In this document: positions 1 to 10,142 of the stretch, in pieces
Layout: each line of letters starts with the position of its first letter
Position numbering within the stretch: position 1 is the first letter of the stretch
NCBI GenBank assembly: GCA_044229265.1
Contig: JBGATK010000001.1
Span: forward strand, 101,776-155,491
Length of the DNA stretch: 53,716 bases
Origin: Minisyncoccia bacterium
Lineage (GTDB): Bacteria > Patescibacteriota > Minisyncoccia > Phycocordibacterales > UBA9973
Direction: 5' to 3'
The notes under the pieces: generated by a model
What the model was told of the DNA's origin: nothing
The model's database searches: none
What the model saw: only the letters and a program-made list of their open reading frames with translations
Position numbers and translations under genes: made by a program

Positions 1-741
1 CTCGGTAAGTTAAAAGAAAATATAGACGAGTTAAATAAGCAATATGGAGTTACGAAAGACAAGCCGACATCTAGCGACCCAGCATATGAAGAAAAATTAA
101 AACCATATATTTCAGAATTTGCCCTACTTTCAAAAAATTTAATTACGGGTGATGATGTAGCAGAAGTCGACAGCCTGATGAAAGAAGCACGTGAAGAAAT
201 AAAATACGTCTATGAGGATTTACTGACAGGTGAATATGGTTGCGAAAAAGATCTAGAATTACAAAGAAAAACTCTTGCTGTATTCGACAATAAAGACCTA
301 GGTAATGGTAATAGAAAAGCTCTTTGGACATTGCTTACCACACGAAGAGGTGAGTATCCATTTACTGTATGGTATGACTACAACTTACTAAAAGATGGAG
401 AGTCAATACCAGTGCCAGATGATTTGATAAATACTTATGGACTAAAAAAACCAACTAATAAAATGCCAATTTACCCAGGATTACCGGTAAATGGCGGTCC
501 TGGATTTTTGAGTAATGTTATTTTTGATAATTCAAATGATGTTGGTTGTGAATTCCAATTAAACAATCCCGCAACTGCGTATTGGCTGGATTGTTTGAAA
601 GTAAGTGATTTGTTTAACAATGTAGACAATTTTACCATTACAGTCGCTAGAAACTTTAAAAATTATCCAATAAAAACAGGTAATGATTGGGAAGATTTAT
701 GGAGAGGTTATAGTTTTGAACAAACAATTGGTATTTATTAA
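1..741 (+). CDS. hypothetical protein, 5' end outside window
   Basis: Frame 1 is open from base 1 through the listed ATG at 178 to TAA 739-741. The next gene starts 3 nt later on the same strand. No motif recognised. Confidence 0.5.
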   Translation, partial: LGKLKENIDELNKQYGVTKDKPTSSDPAYEEKLKPYISEFALLSKNLITGDDVAEVDSLMKEAREEIKYVYEDLLTGEYGCEKDLELQRKTLAVFDNKDLGNGNRKALWTLLTTRRGEYPFTVWYDYNLLKDGESIPVPDDLINTYGLKKPTNKMPIYPGLPVNGGPGFLSNVIFDNSNDVGCEFQLNNPATAYWLDCLKVSDLFNNVDNFTITVARNFKNYPIKTGNDWEDLWRGYSFEQTIGIY

Positions 742-744
742 AAA

Positions 745-3700
745 ATGAAAATAAGAAAAATTTACAAAAGCATAGTTTTATCATTAGTATTGTTAATGCT
801 TGTTCTTCCTTCTATAGCTATGGCAGGGTTTCTAGAAACTCGTCCAGCAGATCTTATAAAAAAAGACCAAGCGACTCTGCGCGGTTATTATTTCGATTCT
901 TCTGGTGGTTTTGGTGGTTATAATCAAAACATATTCTTATCTTTTAGTTATTCAAAAACAGAACCTAAAGATAATAAATGTGCAACTTTACATTATCAAA
1001 CAGATACCAAAAAAACTGCTCTTGTGCCTGCTAGCCCTACTAGAACTAATTATAGTAAATTAATTAATCTATTGGACCCAGAAACTAAATACTATTTTTG
1101 TTTTATTGCATATGTAGAAAATGCTGGGGGTTTTGGAGGATCTAAAACTTATACGCCTACTGAATATGGAAAAGTTTTAAACTTTCAAACATTAAAAGGT
1201 TTTAATATAAATAACAATACTAGTGGAACTAAAACGGGTGGGGTTTCGCCAAGAAAAACTCCACCGAATGAGATAGGTGATGTAGAAACATACCTAGCAA
1301 GCAGGACAACAGACACTGAAGCTTTGTTTTCTGGTTATGTAAATCGTCTCTCTGGAGAGGCTTATGCTTATTTCAGATATGCGACACTAGATAAACCTCC
1401 GGTTTTTTGTAATGACATCTATGGCTCAGCGCAGCGTTCAGCAGTAGCAGACAGGCCTAATCCTTATGGCAAAATAAGTAACAATGGCGGAGAAGCAGCA
1501 GCTAGATTGGCCTTGGAAGAAGCAAAAATAAATCTAGAAAATGTTAAAAAAACTCAAGACGCACTTGTAAAGGCAGCTTACTTTAAAATATTAAATACTA
1601 AGCCTTGGGCAATTATAAAAATAAGTGGCGACCCTAAAGCTCAAACACCAATATTACTAGGTGACTATACTAGATATGATCAAGGTGGTGAAATAGATAT
1701 ACAAGTAGGATCACCTTCAGGTGGCAATAAATTTCCAGATTACACATATAGTGGACTCGTAAGTGGAAAAGGGAATGTGGATTTCCCTCAAGATCTAGGT
1801 AATACTGGCCTCACTTTAGATTTTCCTTCTTTTACTTTTATTGCAAATTCAAAATGGAAAATTGTAATTCCAAATACAAACTCTACTGAATATCAAATAA
1901 ATGTAAATAATTACAATCAATCTATAAAAAATAAAGAGAAGGCTATAGCCGATGCAGAGGCTCTAATAAAACAAAGGGAATTTGAATTACAAAAAATCTT
2001 ACAAGGCATCTCTGGAGGATCTGGTTTTTCTACTGTAGTAAAAGGTCTTACAGAAAATACAATATATTATTATTGCGCGATAGTATCAAATAGCTCTGTG
2101 AATCCTACAGAAATAGAATACGGTCCAGTGCAAAGTTTTCGAACTCTTCCTTGTCAGTCTTGCCCAAAAACACATATAACTTCAGTTGGAGTTTCTAATG
2201 TTTCTTCAAATACAGCAAACTTGCAAGGGTCTTATGCTTCAATTCCTGAGGTAGATACATTTTTTGAATACAAAAAAGAATCAGACACGGAATGGAAAAA
2301 AACTTCCAGAGACAATCATGGGGCAAATACTTATGGCAGATTCAATCAAACTATTGCAAGTCTTTCTCCTTCGAGCTTGTATCAATTCCGTGCAGTAGGG
2401 GAAGTTACTACTACAGTAAAAACTAGTGGCGGAGCATCTACTAGTAAAATTTTCTTTGGTGATACACTTTCTTTCCGCACTGGATCTGGAAATCTTTTTG
2501 ATAAATATGGATGGACAGAAGAACCAGAAAAACCAGATCCGGGTGATAATGACACTACTATAGATCCAGAATATCCATACACTGGTGGAATTGACGGAAA
2601 TTGTTCAGATGGTATACAAAATGGAGATGAAACTGGTATAGATTTTGGTGGTAGGTGTGGCAAGAAAACAATTGATCCAGAAAATCCTTTCCCGAATAAT
2701 GGGAATTGCAATGATGGTATACAAAATGGAGATGAAACTGGTATAGATTTTGGTGGTAGGTGTCTAATACCACCACTGCCGACTTGCTTTGATGGCATAC
2801 AAAATAACAATGAGACAGGAATTGATACAGGTGGTTGGTGTGGTGATGGCACAAATGGTAATTGTTCAGATGGTATTAAAAATGGAGATGAAACTGGTGT
2901 AGACACAGGTGGTAGGTGTAGTAATGGTAACGGTAATGGCAATGGTGGTCCAATTATAGTTGTAGGCCCAGGAGGCACAGTAAAAAATAACGGCGGAACC
3001 ACAATTTCAAGTGGTGGCACGACTACTATTTCCGGGGGAACCATTACTACAAGTGGTGGCACGACTACTATTTCCGGGGGAACTACAAATATAAATGGTC
3101 AAAATACAAGTATAAATAATGGTATAGCTACAAATACTGGTGGCACAGCTAGCACTACAGGTGGAACTACTACCTTGCGTGGCGGAACAACTACTATTAC
3201 TTACAAAGATGCGAATGGAAATACTCAAACATTCATTACTAATAGTGAAGTAAAAATTACTAGAAATGGTAATACCAATGTAGTTACATTTAAAGATGTA
3301 AATGGCAATACTCAAACCATAGTTATTAAAGATGGCGAAGGACAAATTACCAATGTCGGCGGTGTGCGCACTACAGAAAATGGCAATACCGTTCTAACTG
3401 GTGGCAGAACAAATGTCCTAGACAATAGATCAGGTCCAAAACTAGGGGATAGATTAACTCCGCCATCTGATGCAATAGTGCGTTATCATGAAGGTATAGA
3501 AACAGTATTTACCAGACAAATAATGCGTAATTTGAGCTTTGCTAAGCTTTATGGTTATGACGATAGTATGAATCTACAAAATTTTGCTGATACCCTTTCT
3601 CATACTTTTGCTAAAGAATACTTTGGTTATATCGATGCCTCTGGCCTTGAAGTGCGTGTTTCCAAGCCAGATGTTTCTGCTTACGAACTGCGCCAAGTGG

Positions 3701-3816
3701 GTGGTGTGCTTACCGTATACGAATATTACGAAAATGTAATTGTAGACATTAGAAACACTACTACAATATTCAAAAATAAAAATCCGTACGAATATTATGA
3801 CAGAAGAAGGAGGTAG
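745..3816 (+). CDS. large secreted repeat protein (signal peptide, FN3-like modules, Cys-bounded DG-x-NGDETG modules, Gly/Thr-rich tract)
   Basis: 1023-aa ORF. N-terminal hydrophobic signal (LVLLMLVLPSIAMA). Recurring segments such as L-x-P-x-T-x-YYF resemble FN3-type modules. Five tandem C-x-DGI-x-NGDETG-x-D-x-GG-x-C units are followed by GGTTTISGG repeats. Confidence 0.75.
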   Translation: MKIRKIYKSIVLSLVLLMLVLPSIAMAGFLETRPADLIKKDQATLRGYYFDSSGGFGGYNQNIFLSFSYSKTEPKDNKCATLHYQTDTKKTALVPASPTRTNYSKLINLLDPETKYYFCFIAYVENAGGFGGSKTYTPTEYGKVLNFQTLKGFNINNNTSGTKTGGVSPRKTPPNEIGDVETYLASRTTDTEALFSGYVNRLSGEAYAYFRYATLDKPPVFCNDIYGSAQRSAVADRPNPYGKISNNGGEAAARLALEEAKINLENVKKTQDALVKAAYFKILNTKPWAIIKISGDPKAQTPILLGDYTRYDQGGEIDIQVGSPSGGNKFPDYTYSGLVSGKGNVDFPQDLGNTGLTLDFPSFTFIANSKWKIVIPNTNSTEYQINVNNYNQSIKNKEKAIADAEALIKQREFELQKILQGISGGSGFSTVVKGLTENTIYYYCAIVSNSSVNPTEIEYGPVQSFRTLPCQSCPKTHITSVGVSNVSSNTANLQGSYASIPEVDTFFEYKKESDTEWKKTSRDNHGANTYGRFNQTIASLSPSSLYQFRAVGEVTTTVKTSGGASTSKIFFGDTLSFRTGSGNLFDKYGWTEEPEKPDPGDNDTTIDPEYPYTGGIDGNCSDGIQNGDETGIDFGGRCGKKTIDPENPFPNNGNCNDGIQNGDETGIDFGGRCLIPPLPTCFDGIQNNNETGIDTGGWCGDGTNGNCSDGIKNGDETGVDTGGRCSNGNGNGNGGPIIVVGPGGTVKNNGGTTISSGGTTTISGGTITTSGGTTTISGGTTNINGQNTSINNGIATNTGGTASTTGGTTTLRGGTTTITYKDANGNTQTFITNSEVKITRNGNTNVVTFKDVNGNTQTIVIKDGEGQITNVGGVRTTENGNTVLTGGRTNVLDNRSGPKLGDRLTPPSDAIVRYHEGIETVFTRQIMRNLSFAKLYGYDDSMNLQNFADTLSHTFAKEYFGYIDASGLEVRVSKPDVSAYELRQVGGVLTVYEYYENVIVDIRNTTTIFKNKNPYEYYDRRRR
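2608..2763 (+). repeat. 51-bp perfect direct repeat (2608-2658 and 2713-2763) inside the coding Cys-bounded modules
   Basis: The string gatggtatacaaaatggagatgaaactggtatagattttggtggtaggtgt occurs twice. A second 30-bp perfect repeat lies at 3010-3039 and 3052-3081. Confidence 0.9.
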
Positions 3817-3873
3817 AATAGGAAAAAGCTTTGGTTTTTTGGTTTTGATTGGTAAAATTAAAGAATACATTAA

Positions 3874-6006
3874 ATGAGAAATATATTTTCAAAGATTTTA
3901 ATTAGTTTCTTCATGCTAGGCATTTTCCTCGTACCTATTTCTGCTAATTTAAATCTACAAAATGCTTTGAGTCCCTCAGTTGAAATTCAAACTAATACAG
4001 CGGAAGCTTGGTGGGGAGCTGCTGGTAATTTTAGTTTGTGGGATGCTATAGTAAAACCAATAGGTGAAGGAATAGGTTGGACTGTTGCTCAAGTTATAAA
4101 AGGATTCTTGTTCTTGATATTTCAAGCTCTTGCCTTATTAGCCAGCATGCTAGCCGATATTTTAGACTTCTTTATTTTTTATTCTATTGGAAGCGATGTA
4201 TATCGTAGCACTTTCGTAGAAGCTGCTTGGGGAACCGTGCGCGATGTAGCAAATATATTCTTTTTACTTGGACTTCTATATGTAGCTATACAAATAGTCT
4301 TAGATATCGGTGTTTCTGAAAAGAAAAAAATGATAGGCAATATCATAGTCATGGCATTACTTGTAAACTTTAGTTTATTTGCCACTCAAGTAGTTATAGA
4401 TGCTTCAAATATTGTAGCTAGAGTATTTTATAATCAAATAGAATCTGTCGACTCTACGGGTAAAAAACTCCCTGAAGGAAAATATTTACCAAAAGCAGTA
4501 ACCGTGAGCTTGGTTAGTACTTTTGATCCAAATAAAATTATCTCTGACCAATCTAGTGTGTATATGGATGTGCTGGCTTATCTGATAATGGTGGGTATTG
4601 TAGGGTATATGTGTTATTTATTCTTAGTCATGACCTTTTTGTTTGTGGGAAGAATAGTTTCACTCTGGGTAGCTATGATATTCGGACCAATTGCATTTAT
4701 GTCGCGAGCACTCGGAATAACGGCCTTGGAAGATTTATCTTGGAAAAATTGGCTCCACAATTTAATAAATTCTGCCATGATGGCACCATTGTTTATATTT
4801 TTCTTATACATAATTTTACTTTTAGGAAAATGGATTGAGACTTTAAAGAAAGACATAGTCATCTTCAGCGGGCAAGGTGATCCATTTATGGCTTTTATCA
4901 CTGTGCTCATACCGATGGCAATTATCTTCACTTTACTCACCAAAGCTAAAAGCTTAGCAATAAAATATTCTGGTGATATAGGTAAAAGCCTAAGTAGTGT
5001 CGGCCCAGCCTTAGCCGGCCTCGCACTCGGTGGAGCAGCGCTTGGAACTGCAGCACTTGGAAGGGGAACTTTTGGCGCAGTGGCTAAATATTCTAAAAAA
5101 GAAAATGATACTAGCCGTAATAAAGATAAAAATATAAGACAAAATATAAAAGATAAATGGAATAATTCTGCATGGTATCAAAAAGCAGGTCTTGTTGCTA
5201 GTAGTGTGTATGGTGGAGGGTTAGCTAAAATAGCTGGTAAAGGATTAGCAGCAAAAGTTGCCGAGAGTTTCACCACAAAAACAAGAGATGCAACTACTGG
5301 TGCTGTAACTCAAAGGACAGGCTTTGGTAATATGGTGGCTGATTACAAAACAAAAACCCATGATTCACAAATCATACAGAGTAAAATTTCTGAGAAAGCA
5401 GATGAATTACACATAGACAAAACTACGAAATGGGCAGATCTTACAGATGACCATAAAACAGAAATAAAGAAAAGTATTAATCAAGATATAATTTCAAAAG
5501 AGATTTATGGAAGAAAATTCAGTAGCCTAACTAACACAGATGAAATTAAAGCAATAAAAAATGCAAATATTACTGATTTGGGAGGAGGAAAAATGGATTA
5601 TAGAGTTACTGATAGCAAAGGATCATATTCCAGACAAAATCAAGACAACGCTGAACACATAGTTAGTGCAGCAAATAAAAATAATGGCTTTTCAGATATT
5701 GTTGGCGAGGCTACTTATTCTGGAGCAAAAGGTAGTTGGGATATTAGAAATATCTCCAAAGCTTCTTCTAAAGAATTAAAATCTGTAGTGGCACTGCTTG
5801 CAGGTATTGCTATACTCCTGCGAGGAGGCTTAAAGAAAAGTAATGTGGAACCTGGTGTAGGACAAAAAGATTTCTACAAAGATTTAACAGAAGTTATTAC
5901 TGGTGCAATGAAAACTGCTGGGGCTGGTGCTTTTGCTTCAGTGGCAAAAGAGGCTGCTCATAAAGCAGGGGGGCATGACGATCACGGTGGTGGAGGGCAT
6001 CATTAG
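3874..6006 (+). CDS. polytopic membrane protein, VirB6/TrbL/PrgH-like by topology and position
   Basis: Signal/TM start, then multiple hydrophobic helices over roughly aa 60-400, and a long Lys/Asp-rich hydrophilic tail ending HDDHGGGGHH. It sits upstream of the PrgI-like and VirB4-like genes, as in Gram-positive T4SS loci. Architecture and synteny only. Confidence 0.55.
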   Translation: MRNIFSKILISFFMLGIFLVPISANLNLQNALSPSVEIQTNTAEAWWGAAGNFSLWDAIVKPIGEGIGWTVAQVIKGFLFLIFQALALLASMLADILDFFIFYSIGSDVYRSTFVEAAWGTVRDVANIFFLLGLLYVAIQIVLDIGVSEKKKMIGNIIVMALLVNFSLFATQVVIDASNIVARVFYNQIESVDSTGKKLPEGKYLPKAVTVSLVSTFDPNKIISDQSSVYMDVLAYLIMVGIVGYMCYLFLVMTFLFVGRIVSLWVAMIFGPIAFMSRALGITALEDLSWKNWLHNLINSAMMAPLFIFFLYIILLLGKWIETLKKDIVIFSGQGDPFMAFITVLIPMAIIFTLLTKAKSLAIKYSGDIGKSLSSVGPALAGLALGGAALGTAALGRGTFGAVAKYSKKENDTSRNKDKNIRQNIKDKWNNSAWYQKAGLVASSVYGGGLAKIAGKGLAAKVAESFTTKTRDATTGAVTQRTGFGNMVADYKTKTHDSQIIQSKISEKADELHIDKTTKWADLTDDHKTEIKKSINQDIISKEIYGRKFSSLTNTDEIKAIKNANITDLGGGKMDYRVTDSKGSYSRQNQDNAEHIVSAANKNNGFSDIVGEATYSGAKGSWDIRNISKASSKELKSVVALLAGIAILLRGGLKKSNVEPGVGQKDFYKDLTEVITGAMKTAGAGAFASVAKEAAHKAGGHDDHGGGGHH

Positions 6007-6033
6007 TTTGGTTAGAAAAATAAAAAAAATATT

Positions 6034-7167
6034 ATGGACCAACAAGAATTACAAAAAACAATAGCCGAGTATTATCAAAAATTGCCACAAAATGCGCAAA
6101 GGGTATTTGCCGAAATGAAATGGCTCGCAGAATTACGCGCAATTAGCCAAAAATACTCTTTAAGCGAAGAACAAATACAAACTCTAGGCACTGAAACCAC
6201 ACTAGTATTACTAGGAGTAATACACCTCGAAGAATACGAAGAAATTCTCGCACGGGAATTAGGATTAGGAAGGGATAAATCTGATCAATTAACAGCAGAG
6301 ATAGATGAAAAAATATTGCGAAACATTCGTGGCGATTTAAATAATTCTTATTCTAATAATTTAGCAGACATTTTTGAAAAAGAAGTAAGTAAAGAAAGTA
6401 ATAATGAAGGCAGAGAGAATCAAGCAAATTCTGTAAACAAAATTGCAGTAAAAATAGAAAGTAAAATGAATCCAAAGTTTTCAAGTCTGCCAGCAAATGT
6501 TTTAGAGGCAGTAAAGAATTCAAATTATCAAGACGAACTTTATAAAATTTCAGAGGATAATGATTTGTCTATCGAACAAATGGGCTTGCTCGAAGAATCT
6601 ATCGCAGAAAGCTTTTTAGGGGAAATACAACCTGCAGAATTTGGTAAGGTTATAAAATCTCGCTTAAATTTAGCTCCAGACAAAGTGAACTTATTAGTTA
6701 ATCAAATCAATGAAAAAATTCTAAAAGAAATTCGCCGAAAAATAATGGGGAATAATAGCACTACCAACAAAACAGAATCTCCTCTCGAAATAAATACTAT
6801 AGAAAGAAATGTAATGCAAAATGCTGGTTTTACTTTATCACCACAAACAGAAAATAAAGTTAGAGACTTTAATGCAAATGATTACAAAGAAAGTTATATG
6901 AAAAATGCTGGTATAGCAGTCGAAAAAGAAAAAGTAGTAGAGCCGAAAAAAGAAATGCCTCAAAATAATAGGGAAATCATGCAAAAAGCAGGTATTAAAA
7001 TAGTAGACGCTCCTAAAAATATAAATATTTTTTCTTCAAAATTAAACACTGAAGTAAAAACAGAGGCAAAAGAAACTGACCATAGTTTCAAAAATTTATC
7101 AAATCAAAATAATAGTGCAATAAACATAAAGAAAAATACAGATCCTTATCGCACTCCAATAGAATAA
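6034..7167 (+). CDS. hypothetical acidic soluble protein
   Basis: 377-aa ORF with no TM segment, Glu/Asn/Lys-rich. Its stop overlaps the next start (TAATG at 7165-7169), implying translational coupling within the operon. Confidence 0.6.
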   Translation: MDQQELQKTIAEYYQKLPQNAQRVFAEMKWLAELRAISQKYSLSEEQIQTLGTETTLVLLGVIHLEEYEEILARELGLGRDKSDQLTAEIDEKILRNIRGDLNNSYSNNLADIFEKEVSKESNNEGRENQANSVNKIAVKIESKMNPKFSSLPANVLEAVKNSNYQDELYKISEDNDLSIEQMGLLEESIAESFLGEIQPAEFGKVIKSRLNLAPDKVNLLVNQINEKILKEIRRKIMGNNSTTNKTESPLEINTIERNVMQNAGFTLSPQTENKVRDFNANDYKESYMKNAGIAVEKEKVVEPKKEMPQNNREIMQKAGIKIVDAPKNINIFSSKLNTEVKTEAKETDHSFKNLSNQNNSAINIKKNTDPYRTPIE

Positions 7168-7577
7168 TGCGTTTTAAAGTTCCACAATTTTTAGATATAG
7201 AAGACAAAATTTTTGGGCCTTTTACTTTTTCCCAATTTATCTACCTTGCTGGCGGTGGGGCAATTTGTTTTGTTCTTTATAAATGGCTGGGGCTCACTAT
7301 TGGCTTTGTTCCTATACTACTTATCGGTGGTTTCTCAGCAGCACTAGTTTGGTATAAAATAAATGGCAAACCATTCATATACACAGTCGAAGCAGCAATA
7401 AAATATTTTTTTCAAACAAAATTATATATTTGGAAAAAAGCTGATGTCCAAAACAGAGCACAAAAAATAGAAATGGTTAGAAAAACTCCCACAGATGATA
7501 AAAATAAGGTAAAATTAGATAGTGGCAAGCTTCGTGATTTAGCTTGGTCGCTCGATGTGCTTGATTTAAAAAAATAA
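7167..7577 (+). CDS. PrgI/VirB3-like small membrane protein
   Basis: The N-terminus MRFKVPQFLDIEDKIFGPFTFSQFIYL followed by two TM helices matches the PrgI-family pattern. The gene lies shortly upstream of the VirB4-like ATPase. Confidence 0.6.
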   Translation: MRFKVPQFLDIEDKIFGPFTFSQFIYLAGGGAICFVLYKWLGLTIGFVPILLIGGFSAALVWYKINGKPFIYTVEAAIKYFFQTKLYIWKKADVQNRAQKIEMVRKTPTDDKNKVKLDSGKLRDLAWSLDVLDLKK

Positions 7578-7583
7578 TTTAAA

Positions 7584-8237
7584 ATGTCATTATTTGCAGA
7601 AAGAACTCAAGATTTTGTGCCCATCAAAGAAGTGCGTGATGGAATAATAGTCCTCAAAAATGGGGAACTACGTGCTGTTGTGCTTGCTAATTCTGTAAAC
7701 CTTTCACTTAAGTCCGAAGACGAACAACGTGCTACCATACTCCAATTCCAAAGTTTTTTAAATACTCTAGATTTTTATGTGCAAATATCCATTCAATCGC
7801 GCAGACTAGACATACGCCCATATCTAATACTGCTCGAAAATAGAATGAAGGTTCAAAATGAACCCCTTTTAAAACTTCAAACCAAAGAATATATTGATTT
7901 TATTAGAAATTTTACCGAATCAGTAAACATAATGACAAAAAACTTTTTTATTGTTGTTCCTTATAGTAATTTTTCTGGAAAACCAGGTGAAAGTGCTCTC
8001 AGTAAAATTTTCAAAAAAGAAAGTAAAGATATGAAAAAAGAATTCGAGCGTGCTAGTTTTGAAGAAAAACGTAGCCAACTCGAAGAACGTGTGTCTGTAG
8101 TCCAACAAGGACTGGCGCGCTGTGGTATCAAATCAGCCCAGCTTGGTTCTGCCGAAATAGTAGAAGTGTTTTACAAAGTTTTTAATCCAGGTGAACTAGA
8201 AGGTAAGATCGATTTAGATAAAATTAGCAATGTTTAA
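7584..8237 (+). CDS. hypothetical protein, resembles the N-terminal module of Gram-positive VirB4/TrsE proteins
   Basis: A segment (DFVPIKEVRDGIIVLKNGELRAVVLANSVNLSLKSEDEQ...FQSFLN) resembles the start of long VirB4-family proteins as I recall them. No NTPase motif. Confidence 0.45.
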   Translation: MSLFAERTQDFVPIKEVRDGIIVLKNGELRAVVLANSVNLSLKSEDEQRATILQFQSFLNTLDFYVQISIQSRRLDIRPYLILLENRMKVQNEPLLKLQTKEYIDFIRNFTESVNIMTKNFFIVVPYSNFSGKPGESALSKIFKKESKDMKKEFERASFEEKRSQLEERVSVVQQGLARCGIKSAQLGSAEIVEVFYKVFNPGELEGKIDLDKISNV

Positions 8238-8272
8238 TTGTTAATTCGCATACGATAACTTATAATTAAAAC

Positions 8273-10114
8273 ATGGGTCTTTTAGATACATTGCTAGGCA
8301 AAAAAAATGAAAACGCAAAGGAAGGTGATCCTTCTATTTTAGCTGTCTTACCGGAAGAAATTTACGAATCTGCAAAACTAGAATTGCAAGACGTCATAGC
8401 TCCTTCAGCTCTAAAGATTGGCTCCAAATCTATCGATCTTGGCGACAAGATTGCTCGTACTTTTTTTATCATATCTTATCCTCGTTATTTAGTAGACAAT
8501 TGGTTCTCGCCAATTATAAATTTAGATAAAATTTTTGATGTTTCTATTTTCGTGCACCCGGTAGATACCACGCTCGCACTTCGCCAATTTCAAAAAAAAG
8601 TTGCTGAAGTAGAGAGTCAAATAAATGAAAGTGAAAGCAAGGGCATGGTTCGTGACCCTATGCTAGACACAGCCTATCAAGACCTCGAAAGCCTGCGCGA
8701 CCAGTTAATACAAGCTCAAGAAAAAATGTTTGATGTGTCAGTCTATATCACTATCTACGCTGACAATGAAATGGAATTATTCAAAGTTGAAAATGAAGTA
8801 AAGTCTATCCTAGAATCAAAACTTATTTACATAAAACCAGCTCTTTTCCAACAAGAAGAAGGTTTCAAGAGTGTGATACCAATAGGCAATGATTTACTCG
8901 AAATAACTCAGAAATTAAATTCTGAACCACTTTCATCTATTTTCCCATTTATTTCTTTCGACTTAACCAGCGATAAAGGCATACTCTACGGTGTAAATCG
9001 CCATAATTCTTCACTAGTTATTTTTGATCGTTTTTCACTTGAAAATTACAATTCAGTTGTATTCGCAAAATCTGGCTCTGGTAAAAGTTATGCGATGAAA
9101 TTAGAAATCTTGCGTTCACTGATGTTCGATATAGATGTTATAGTTATTGACCCTGAACGTGAATACGAATATCTATCAGATGCAGTAGGGGGTAGATATT
9201 TTAACATTTCACTTTCTTCTGATCACCATATCAATCCTTTTGACCTGCCAATACCAAGAGAAGATGAAACGGCTGAAGATGTCTTACGTTCAAATATCAT
9301 AAACCTAGTAGGTCTTTTTCGTTTGATGCTAGGAGGACTTACTCCAGAAGAAGACTCACTGGTAGATCGCGCTATCTCAGAAACATATGCCATAAAAGAT
9401 ATCACCCCAGAATCAGACTTTTCAAATATTGAGCCTCCACTTCTTTCTGATTTTGAAATGGTCCTCTCAGGCATGCAAGGCTCAGAATCGGTAGTGCAGA
9501 GATTAGTGAAATACACCAAAGGGTCTTGGGCTACTTTCCTAAATCGACCTTCAAATGTGGATATAAATAAAAAATTCGTAGTTTTTTCAGTTCGTGATAT
9601 GGAAGACGAATTAAAACCAATAGCCATGTATATAGTCATGCACTATATATGGAATTCTGTGCGTAAAAACTTAAAGAAACGCCTATTAGTAGTGGATGAA
9701 GCTTGGTGGATGATGAAAAGTGAAGATACAGCTTCATTCTTATACTCTATGGCAAAACGCGGACGTAAATATTACTTGGGCCTAGCTACTATTACTCAAG
9801 ATGCTGCGGATTTTATGAAAAGCCCTTATGGCATACCTATTATTACAAACTCTTCTATTCAAATTCTCTTAAAACAATCACCGAGCACTATAGATATACT
9901 CCAAAAAACCTTCAACTTAACAGATGAAGAGAAATATTTATTACTAGAAAGTGGCGTAGGTGAAGGTATATTCTTTGCTGGGCTTAAACATGTGGCTATT
10001 AAGGTCATCTCATCTTATACCGAAGACCAAATAATTACTTCTGACCCCTCACAGATACTATCTATAAAAAAATCCAAAGAAGATTTTGAGAGTAGTGATT
10101 TGCAAAACAGTTAA
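8273..10114 (+). CDS. virB4: VirB4/TrsE-type type IV secretion ATPase
   Basis: Walker A AKSGSGKS, Walker B LLVVDEAWWMM, and the ATITQD segment typical of VirB4/TraG-type NTPases. Gene context is T4SS-like. Confidence 0.8.
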   Translation: MGLLDTLLGKKNENAKEGDPSILAVLPEEIYESAKLELQDVIAPSALKIGSKSIDLGDKIARTFFIISYPRYLVDNWFSPIINLDKIFDVSIFVHPVDTTLALRQFQKKVAEVESQINESESKGMVRDPMLDTAYQDLESLRDQLIQAQEKMFDVSVYITIYADNEMELFKVENEVKSILESKLIYIKPALFQQEEGFKSVIPIGNDLLEITQKLNSEPLSSIFPFISFDLTSDKGILYGVNRHNSSLVIFDRFSLENYNSVVFAKSGSGKSYAMKLEILRSLMFDIDVIVIDPEREYEYLSDAVGGRYFNISLSSDHHINPFDLPIPREDETAEDVLRSNIINLVGLFRLMLGGLTPEEDSLVDRAISETYAIKDITPESDFSNIEPPLLSDFEMVLSGMQGSESVVQRLVKYTKGSWATFLNRPSNVDINKKFVVFSVRDMEDELKPIAMYIVMHYIWNSVRKNLKKRLLVVDEAWWMMKSEDTASFLYSMAKRGRKYYLGLATITQDAADFMKSPYGIPIITNSSIQILLKQSPSTIDILQKTFNLTDEEKYLLLESGVGEGIFFAGLKHVAIKVISSYTEDQIITSDPSQILSIKKSKEDFESSDLQNS

Positions 10115-10142
10115 TATGTTATAATAGCAATATAATAAATAT

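Noticed and set aside
2590-3090. Tandem direct repeats considered as a CRISPR-like array
   Set aside because: The repeats are in-frame coding modules of a secreted protein. They have no uniform repeat-spacer periodicity and no cas genes are present.
2382-3345. Antisense ORFs (2382-3062, 2558-2854, 3007-3345) opposite the 1023-aa gene, with Pro/Val/His-rich repetitive translations
   Set aside because: They are shadows of the sense-strand Gly/Thr/Asp repeats. The composition is non-protein-like, and they are fully nested in a gene with a signal peptide and domain structure.
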